Source: Candidatus Odinarchaeia archaeon
GTDB taxonomy: Archaea > Asgardarchaeota > Odinarchaeia > Odinarchaeales > Odinarchaeaceae
Direction: 5' to 3'
Length of the DNA: 32,000 nt
NCBI GenBank assembly: GCA_029856525.1
Contig: JAHQXC010000004.1
Span: 5,365 to 37,364, forward strand
Both the position numbers and the translations under genes were made by a program. Positions 25,054 to 32,000 of this stretch are shown here, in pieces. Every line of letters starts with the position of its first letter. Within the stretch, counting starts at the first letter, position 1. The notes beneath the pieces were generated by a model, which was given only the letters and a program-made list of their open reading frames with translations, made no database searches and had not been told where the DNA came from.

Positions 25054-28000
25054 ATGCCTAAAATGGATTGGATTCATAAAACTCTGATACTGGGGAGCGG
25101 AGCTATTAGAATAGGTCAGGCTGGTGAATTCGATTACTCAGGAAGTCAAGCTTTAAAAGCGCTTTCCGAGGAGGGTGTTGAAACAGTTTTAGTTAACCCT
25201 AACATCGCTACTATTCAAACAGATCCTAAGCTTGCCGGTAAAGTCTATCTTCTACCTTTAACCGCGGATTTTATTGAGAAAGTGATTGAGAGAGAACGGC
25301 CTGACAGTATTCTTCTAAGCTTCGGAGGTCAGACTGCTTTAAATGTAGGCGTAGAACTCGCTGAGAAAGGTATCTTAGACAAATACGGTGTTAAAGTTAT
25401 AGGAACCCCTATTGAAGCCATTCAAATCACAGAGGACCGCGACCTGTTTAAAAAAGCTATGTTTGAAGCCGGCGTTAACGTTTTAAAAAGCCAGGCGGCT
25501 GTGACAGTTGAGGAAGCTGTTAGAATAGCGGATGAGATAGGTTACCCTGTTATAGTGAGGGTTGCCTATACTCTAGGAGGTAAAGGATCAGGTGTAGCTT
25601 TTAATAAAGAGGAATTATTAGAGATCGCTCAACGCGGTTTAAAACAGAGTAGAATCAGCCAGATACTCGTAGAGGAATATGTGGGTGGATGGAAGGAGAT
25701 AGAATATGAGGTGGTCCGTGATAGAGATGATAATTGTATAATCGTATGCAACATGGAGAATTTTGATCCGATGGGTATACATACAGGTGAGTCTATAGTA
25801 GTAGCCCCATCTCAAACCCTCAACAACAATGAATACCATGCTTTAAGAGAGGCTTCTATTCGAGCTGTGAGAAAAGTTGGAGTTATAGGAGAGTGTAATA
25901 TTCAATACGCGCTTGACCCTAAATCTGAGAGATTCTATGCTATAGAGATTAACGCCCGTCTGTCAAGGTCTTCAGCACTAGCCTCTAAGGCTACAGGTTA
26001 CCCTCTCGCTTATATCGCTGCTAAACTCGCGTTAGGGTATACTCTGCCTGAATTAATCAACAAGGTTACGCTTAAAACCACAGCCTGCTTTGAGCCGGCT
26101 TTAGACTATATAACCGTGAAAATACCTAGATGGGACCTACGTAAATTTCAGAATGTCAGCCGTATACTAGGCCCTCAGATGAAAAGTGTCGGCGAGGTTA
26201 TGTCTATAGGTAGAAGCTTCGAGGAGGCGCTTCAAAAAGCTGTTAGAATGCTAGATATAGGTAGAATAGGGTTAGTCGCAAATAAAAGTGAGCCTAAGCT
26301 TACACGCGATGAAATAAAATACCGTTTAACTCACCCTACTGATGAGCGGCTTTTCGATATAGTAACCGCTTTAAAATCCGGGTTCACCGTTGGCGAGGTC
26401 AGCGAGCTGACTGGAATAGATTCATGGTTTATAACTAAAATAAAAAATATTATTGACTTAGAGCGTAAACTATCTAATTATAAAGGCAGAGTCTCCGAGA
26501 GAGATTTTAAACTGATAAAACTTTTAAGAGAGGCTAAGAAATCAGGGTTCTCAGATCTTCAATTAGCTAGAATTCTCGGAGACAGTGAGAGAAATATAAG
26601 GAGAATTCGTATAGAGCATGGTATAATCCCGTACGTGAAGCAGATTGATACTTTAGCCGCTGAATGGCCTGCTAAAACTAATTATCTCTATATGACTTAT
26701 AATTCAAGTGCAGATGACATTGAATTACCAGCGCATACATCTGATAAAATTATTGTTTTAGGATCCGGCACATACCGGATCGGTAGCAGTGTAGAATTTG
26801 ATTGGTGCGCTGTAAACATGGTGTGGTCTCTGAAAAAAATGGGTGTTAAAGAAGTAATAATGGTTAACTGTAACCCTGAGACTGTTTCCACAGATTACGA
26901 TATTTCAGATAAACTATATTTTGAAGAGTTAACTTTAGAGAGAGTTCTAGACATATACGAGAAGGAGAAGCCTAAAGGGATTGTGGTTTCAGTGGGAGGG
27001 CAGACCCCTAACAATTTAGCCTATCCTTTATACGAGTATAATATCCCGATTTTAGGCACCTCTCCAGTGGATATTGATAGAGCTGAAGACCGGGCTAAAT
27101 TCAGTAAGCTGCTAGATGAGCTCGGTATACCTCAACCGAAATGGGAGGCTTTAACCTCTCTGCAAGCCGCGAAAGCCTTTTGTAATTTAATCGGGTATCC
27201 TGTTCTCATCCGCCCATCATACGTGTTATCAGGGGCTGCGATGAGAGTTGCATATGATGAAAGCCAGTTAGAAGAGTTTTTGAAATTAGCAGCGGAGATT
27301 TCAGAGGATCACCCTGTCGTTATCAGTAAATTCGTAGAGAACGCTATGGAGATTGAAGTGGATGGAGTATGCGATGGGGAGGAAACCTTAATCGGCTCGC
27401 TCATCGAGCACGTTGAGTTAGCTGGGACACATAGCGGAGACGCTACTATGATTATACCGCCTCAGAGCATACCAGCCTCTGTTGAAGCTAAAATAATCCA
27501 TTACACTCGTAAAATAGCTTCCGCTTTAAAAATAAAAGGTCCATTTAATATTCAATACCTTGTTAAAGGTCACGATGTATTCGTTATCGAGTGCAATCTG
27601 AGAGCTTCAAGATCTATGCCCTTCGTATCTAAGATACGGGGTATGAATTTAATGACGATAGCCGCGTCTATTCTACTAGGAAATAAGATAAAAGACATCT
27701 GGTTTGAAGATTACACTTATCCGCGTTATCCGAAGTATATAGGGGTTAAAGTCCCGCAGTTCTCTTTTATGAGGCTTCAAGGCGCGGATCCTGTTTTAGG
27801 CGTTGAAATGCTATCTACAGGTGAAGTTGCTTGTATAGGGCGAACCTTTTCAGAGGCTTTTATAAAAGCACTCTTATCAGCGGAAAACGAGATACCTCTC
27901 CAAAACGGCCGCGCTCTTTTCTCAGTTGGTGGAGCTGAATTAAAAGAGAAGCTTATACCTATAGCTAGAGCATTCACTGAAATAGGTTATAAAATATATG

Positions 28001-28347
28001 CGACAGAGCACACCGCTGAAGCTTTAGTTAACGCAGGTATCCCGGTTCAAACAGTTTATAAGATTAGAGAGACACAGCGGAAACCGAATATAAAAGATTT
28101 ACTCGTGAACAGGGAGATAGACTTAGTGGTAAACATCCCTCAAACTACAACTATAGAGAAATACGTTGAGATCCTCCAAGACGAGTACGAGATAAGACGC
28201 AGCGCAGTGGAGTATAATATACCGGTGATAACTAATATAAAACTTGCTGAGGCTTTAGCGGAGGCGCTTCTAAAAATAAGAAATGAAGAATTCACAGTGA
28301 TTTCATTAAACGAATATATTAACTCTCTTCCACTTAAATTATGGTGA
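25054..28347 (+). CDS. carB: Carbamoyl-phosphate synthase large subunit
   Basis: LILGSGAIRIGQAGEFDYSG, duplicated ATP-grasp halves, NCNPETVSTDYD, C-terminal MGS-like domain. Confidence 0.98.
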   Translation: MPKMDWIHKTLILGSGAIRIGQAGEFDYSGSQALKALSEEGVETVLVNPNIATIQTDPKLAGKVYLLPLTADFIEKVIERERPDSILLSFGGQTALNVGVELAEKGILDKYGVKVIGTPIEAIQITEDRDLFKKAMFEAGVNVLKSQAAVTVEEAVRIADEIGYPVIVRVAYTLGGKGSGVAFNKEELLEIAQRGLKQSRISQILVEEYVGGWKEIEYEVVRDRDDNCIIVCNMENFDPMGIHTGESIVVAPSQTLNNNEYHALREASIRAVRKVGVIGECNIQYALDPKSERFYAIEINARLSRSSALASKATGYPLAYIAAKLALGYTLPELINKVTLKTTACFEPALDYITVKIPRWDLRKFQNVSRILGPQMKSVGEVMSIGRSFEEALQKAVRMLDIGRIGLVANKSEPKLTRDEIKYRLTHPTDERLFDIVTALKSGFTVGEVSELTGIDSWFITKIKNIIDLERKLSNYKGRVSERDFKLIKLLREAKKSGFSDLQLARILGDSERNIRRIRIEHGIIPYVKQIDTLAAEWPAKTNYLYMTYNSSADDIELPAHTSDKIIVLGSGTYRIGSSVEFDWCAVNMVWSLKKMGVKEVIMVNCNPETVSTDYDISDKLYFEELTLERVLDIYEKEKPKGIVVSVGGQTPNNLAYPLYEYNIPILGTSPVDIDRAEDRAKFSKLLDELGIPQPKWEALTSLQAAKAFCNLIGYPVLIRPSYVLSGAAMRVAYDESQLEEFLKLAAEISEDHPVVISKFVENAMEIEVDGVCDGEETLIGSLIEHVELAGTHSGDATMIIPPQSIPASVEAKIIHYTRKIASALKIKGPFNIQYLVKGHDVFVIECNLRASRSMPFVSKIRGMNLMTIAASILLGNKIKDIWFEDYTYPRYPKYIGVKVPQFSFMRLQGADPVLGVEMLSTGEVACIGRTFSEAFIKALLSAENEIPLQNGRALFSVGGAELKEKLIPIARAFTEIGYKIYATEHTAEALVNAGIPVQTVYKIRETQRKPNIKDLLVNREIDLVVNIPQTTTIEKYVEILQDEYEIRRSAVEYNIPVITNIKLAEALAEALLKIRNEEFTVISLNEYINSLPLKLW

Positions 28348-29841
28348 GCTGATTATCTTATTAACCTCCTCTGAGAGTTTACCATATTTTTCTTTAAGAA
28401 AATTTTTAATTCCATTAGTTAGTTCTTCGAATTCTCTTATTTTATTCAATCTATCCTCTCTCATCCTAAAATTCTCAGAAGGAGCCGGTCCTCCTATATG
28501 ATTTTTTCTTTTAACATTCTCTAACGGGTTTAAAACAATGTTTAACTCTTCTTCACTTAAATCTAGTTTCACACCTGTCTCTGAGTAAACAAGTTCACTC
28601 AACTCATCCAACTTTAAATCTTTAAGCCGTCTACCTTGCTTTAAAAGCATGTTAACAAGCCGCCCGGTAACCTGGTAGGCTGTTCTGAAAGGGAGGCCTT
28701 TTCTAACAAGTAGATCTGAAATATCAACAGCGCCTGTGAAGCCTTCTTCAACGCTTCTCAGCATTCTCTCCTTGTTAATTTTAATTGAATTCAACATTTT
28801 AGATAGAATGTTAACAGAGGAGACCGCTATCCTAACACTTTCAAAGAGTATTCTTTTAGTTTCTTGAAGATCGCGATTATATCCTGTCGGTAACCCTTTG
28901 AGAATACTCATAGTACTACACAATCCACCTATAATCACCGCAGCCCGACTTCTTACCAGTTCAGCTACGTCGGGATTTTTTTTCTGGGGCATAATGCTGC
29001 TGCCTGTTGCGAATTTATCGCTTAACTGAATGAAATCGAATTCGCTAGTTGACCATAAAATAATGTCTTCCGCTATTCTCGAAATCTGAACCATTAATAT
29101 GCATATAATTGATATAAGCTCTGCTTCGAATTCTCCTCTAGAAGAAACTACATCTAAAGTATTCTCTTGAACTCCTTCGAAACCTAGTAGTTCAGCTGTT
29201 AGATTACGGTTTACACTCCATGTGAAACCTGCTAAAGCCCCAGCTCCTAAAGGATTCTTATTCAGTCTCTTATATAATTGGTGTAGCCGCTCTAAATCTC
29301 TTATCAAAGCGTCTACATAGCTTAAACACCAGTGTGATAGTGTAATCGGTTGAGCTTGCTGCATGTGCGTGTAGCCTGGCATTAAAGTCTCATAGTTTTC
29401 TTCAGCCAGTTTTAAAAGTGTTTTCGAAAAATTGATTAACCCCTCTATTAAGGTGATTATAGCATCCCGCATATACATTCTAACGTCGAGTGCCACCTGG
29501 TCGTTTCTTGACCTGGCTAGATGAATTTTACCGCCTATCTCTCTACCAACTCTCTCAGTTACCAACCGCTCTATATTTAAATGAACGTCTTCGAATTCTT
29601 TTCTAAGCTGGATTTTCCCTTCAAGGAACTCTTTTTTTAAATCTTCTAAAACCTTTAATATGCTTGTTATCTCATTCTTTTTTAGCAATCCTATTTTGAA
29701 AAGCATTATATTATGCGCCTGTGTGCCTATAATATCATAGAATATGAGTTTTTCATCGATTTTAATATCTTCTCCAGCCGTATACTCTAATACTTCGTCA
29801 AGCGTATCTTCGTCGAAACGCGCCCGCCAGAAAAAGCTCAT
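28339..29841 (-). CDS. argH: Argininosuccinate lyase
   Basis: EDVH..IE, HLARSRNDQVA, MPGYTHMQQAQP, TGSSIMPQKKNPD, YNRDLQE. Confidence 0.97.
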   Translation of the reverse strand: MSFFWRARFDEDTLDEVLEYTAGEDIKIDEKLIFYDIIGTQAHNIMLFKIGLLKKNEITSILKVLEDLKKEFLEGKIQLRKEFEDVHLNIERLVTERVGREIGGKIHLARSRNDQVALDVRMYMRDAIITLIEGLINFSKTLLKLAEENYETLMPGYTHMQQAQPITLSHWCLSYVDALIRDLERLHQLYKRLNKNPLGAGALAGFTWSVNRNLTAELLGFEGVQENTLDVVSSRGEFEAELISIICILMVQISRIAEDIILWSTSEFDFIQLSDKFATGSSIMPQKKNPDVAELVRSRAAVIIGGLCSTMSILKGLPTGYNRDLQETKRILFESVRIAVSSVNILSKMLNSIKINKERMLRSVEEGFTGAVDISDLLVRKGLPFRTAYQVTGRLVNMLLKQGRRLKDLKLDELSELVYSETGVKLDLSEEELNIVLNPLENVKRKNHIGGPAPSENFRMREDRLNKIREFEELTNGIKNFLKEKYGKLSEEVNKIISSP

Positions 29842-29880
29842 AGATCAGCCTCAGAGATTATATTAAAAATTAAAAATATT

Positions 29881-31092
29881 TTATTTACTTAAATGTTTTT
29901 TCAGTATTTTATAGGCTAGCTGCGACTGCTGTAAAATAATGTTAATGTAACCTAAAGATGATTTCTGATCGAATATTGAAGTCTCCTCGTAAGTTGCGAT
30001 GCTTTTATCATATAGCATCCAATCTGATTTACGGCCAACTACCTGGCAGCTTCCTTTATAAAGCTTCACGCGGACGACGCCGTTAACTTTTAAATTAACT
30101 TTATCTATGAAAGCCTCTAAAGCTTCTCTTAACGGATCGAACCATAATCCCGCGTATGCTAGATAAGTCCAGCGCTCATCTACTAGCTGTTTAAACTGGA
30201 GTTCTTGAAATGTAGAAACAGCTTTCTCCAAGTCTCGGTGAGCTGTTATAATTGTCACAGCCGCCGGGCATTCATAGGTTTCCCTTGATTTAATACCTGT
30301 AACCCTGTCCTCCATGTGATCTATTCGCCCAACCCCATGGCTTCCAGCAATTTTATTCAAGTATTTTATTAAATCAACTAAATTCATTTTTTCACCGTTA
30401 ACCGCTGTTGGAACCCCTCTCTCAAACTCTATTTCAAGATACTCTGGTTTATTCGGAGCATCCACGGGGTTAACAGTCAGCTTCCAACCGTCTTCTTTAG
30501 GCTCAGCGTAAGGGTCTTCTAGGACACCGCATTCTATGGATCTACCCCAGAGGTTTTCATCTATACTATACGGTGAGTTCACTGTGACAGGTATAGGTAT
30601 TCCGTGTTTTTCAGCGTATTTAATAGATTCGCTTCTACTCATACCCCATGTGATTACAGGTGTTAAAACCTCTATATTCGGGGCTAATGTTTTTATACCT
30701 ACTCCAAGCCTAACGTTATCGTTTCCTTTACCTGTACAACCGTGCGCTATAATATTGATTCCCTCTCTAATAGCGGTTTCCACAGCTATCTTAGCTATTA
30801 AAGGTCTCCCGATAGCTGTGCTAAGAGGGTAGGCTCCCTGGTATAGGGAGTTCGCTTTAATAGAATAGCTGACATATTTTTCAGCGAACTCCTGTTGAGC
30901 GTCAACTGTAAAATGTTTTTTAACCCCTAGTCTGAGAGCTCTACGTTCTATTTCACTCCAGTCTTTCTCCTCTTGGCCTAGATTAACCGTTAAAGTATAG
31001 ACGTCGAATCCGTATTCGTCTTGAAGCCATTTCAGCATACAAGAGGTGTCAAGTCCACCTGAATATAGGAGTAAACATTTTTTATCTGCCAA
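29881..31092 (-). CDS. argG: Argininosuccinate synthase
   Basis: LLYSGGLDTS, AHGCTGKGND.VR, YSIDENLWGRSIE, GIKSRE.YE.PA; GGTGA RBS before the TTG. Confidence 0.98.
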   Translation of the reverse strand: MADKKCLLLYSGGLDTSCMLKWLQDEYGFDVYTLTVNLGQEEKDWSEIERRALRLGVKKHFTVDAQQEFAEKYVSYSIKANSLYQGAYPLSTAIGRPLIAKIAVETAIREGINIIAHGCTGKGNDNVRLGVGIKTLAPNIEVLTPVITWGMSRSESIKYAEKHGIPIPVTVNSPYSIDENLWGRSIECGVLEDPYAEPKEDGWKLTVNPVDAPNKPEYLEIEFERGVPTAVNGEKMNLVDLIKYLNKIAGSHGVGRIDHMEDRVTGIKSRETYECPAAVTIITAHRDLEKAVSTFQELQFKQLVDERWTYLAYAGLWFDPLREALEAFIDKVNLKVNGVVRVKLYKGSCQVVGRKSDWMLYDKSIATYEETSIFDQKSSLGYINIILQQSQLAYKILKKHLSK

Positions 31093-31229
31093 AAATCATC
31101 ACCGCTTAATTAAAACTGTATCTAAATCAGCGAATACACTTTTATATGTTCCGTAATTTCTATAACAGAGCTGAACTCACCCGGTTCTAAAAACAACAAT
31201 TAAAAAATGTTCACAACTAGCTTTTATAG

Positions 31230-31919
31230 TTAATATAATAAACTGCGCATTGAAATAATCTTATCCTCTAGTAGACGATAAGCTGTAAGAGCGTCTCTTC
31301 TATCTATGAGAAAAACAGTGTCCGTGTGACATGAGATAACCTGTGTGATGTTAATATTATTTCTCGCCAGTAATTCTAGTAGGTGGGATACTACGCCGGG
31401 TGTTTTAATAATTTCAGGCGGGCTTATAAGTATTATAGCCGATTGATCCCTGTATACTTCAACGATTCCTTTAGAGTCTACAACTTTTTTCACAGCGTCG
31501 ACGCTTCGCTCATCTATTATAAGATTGAACGTGTTTGTGCCCTGCGTCAGCTGGAGGAATCTGAAGTTTGGAATTGACTTAAACAATGCGTCTATCTTAC
31601 CTGATAGCTCAGATTGTTTAACTGTTAAAAGAATTAAATCGTTTTTAAGTTCTAGAATACTTTCAGCTATAACTTTTTTCACACGATCCTGGATCATTGT
31701 AAAGTTTCTCTTAACATCCTCAGAATACCTCATAAGAGCCATTTTAATTGCTTCAACACCAGCTTTTCTCCCTATCATTTTTTCCACGCTGCCGGCTATT
31801 AGTTCAGCTAAAGATGAGTAATTGACGATATCTAGTTTAATCGCGTCGATTATTGAAGGCATATTTGAAATAATCCGCCTGCTCGCTTCAGCTATAGATA
31901 TCTCCTGCATTAAATCCAC
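31230..31919 (-). CDS. Tandem ACT-domain protein with an N-terminal helical (HTH-like) domain
   Basis: N-terminal IVNYSSLAELI...AIKMALMRY; C-terminal TPGVVSHLLELLARNNINITQVISCHTDTVFLI (ACT_7/aspartokinase-regulatory-like). Confidence 0.8.
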   Translation of the reverse strand: MDLMQEISIAEASRRIISNMPSIIDAIKLDIVNYSSLAELIAGSVEKMIGRKAGVEAIKMALMRYSEDVKRNFTMIQDRVKKVIAESILELKNDLILLTVKQSELSGKIDALFKSIPNFRFLQLTQGTNTFNLIIDERSVDAVKKVVDSKGIVEVYRDQSAIILISPPEIIKTPGVVSHLLELLARNNINITQVISCHTDTVFLIDRRDALTAYRLLEDKIISMRSLLY

Positions 31920-32000
31920 CTTTCTCTAAAAACCGTTAAATAATAGGTTTAAAATAGCTATACGCTTAAAATTATTTAAAGACTTTTAACCAGCATTGAG

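Noticed and set aside
5235-31821. Remaining short track ORFs (e.g. 5235-5483, 5760-6029, 7271-7609, 8657-8917, 10840-11031, 14147-14422, 18253-18513, 20874-21140, 22368-22649, 30536-30832, 31525-31821; also 2212-2394)
   Set aside because: All lie antisense within or across well-supported genes and show no recognisable motifs.

Overview
AT-rich archaeal chromosomal window. A Rab-like small GTPase, a roadblock/LC7 protein, GGGP synthase, Rpo12, aIF1, GGTG(A/G)-type ribosome-binding sites and an intron-containing tRNA point to an Asgard archaeon, probably a thermophile such as Odinarchaeia (inference, not verified). Most of it is housekeeping: map, tmk-like, a PAC2 chaperone, a MoxR/DUF58/transglutaminase-like operon, rli (ABCE1), acsA, carAB, argH, argG and an ACT-domain protein. 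Features missing from the ORF track: (i) two near-identical ~135-nt non-coding elements (1451-1587, 4394-4526) ending in an IS200/IS605 tnpB-type right-end motif, possibly stand-alone omega-RNA/MITE cassettes; (ii) tRNA-Arg(CCG) with two BHB introns (37/38 and 59/60), the second supplying the stop codon of the antisense CDS; (iii) rpoP and an 8-Cys microprotein; (iv) a GC-rich hairpin, candidate ncRNA, at ~4001-4094. Protein oddities: Cys->Ser at the transglutaminase-like nucleophile, a P-loop without Lys in the tmk homologue, a methanogenesis-marker-9-like Cys motif, and an HTH-like/tandem-ACT protein heading argG-argH. No rRNA, CRISPR array or transposase CDS was seen. All family calls are from motif recognition by eye; no searches were run.
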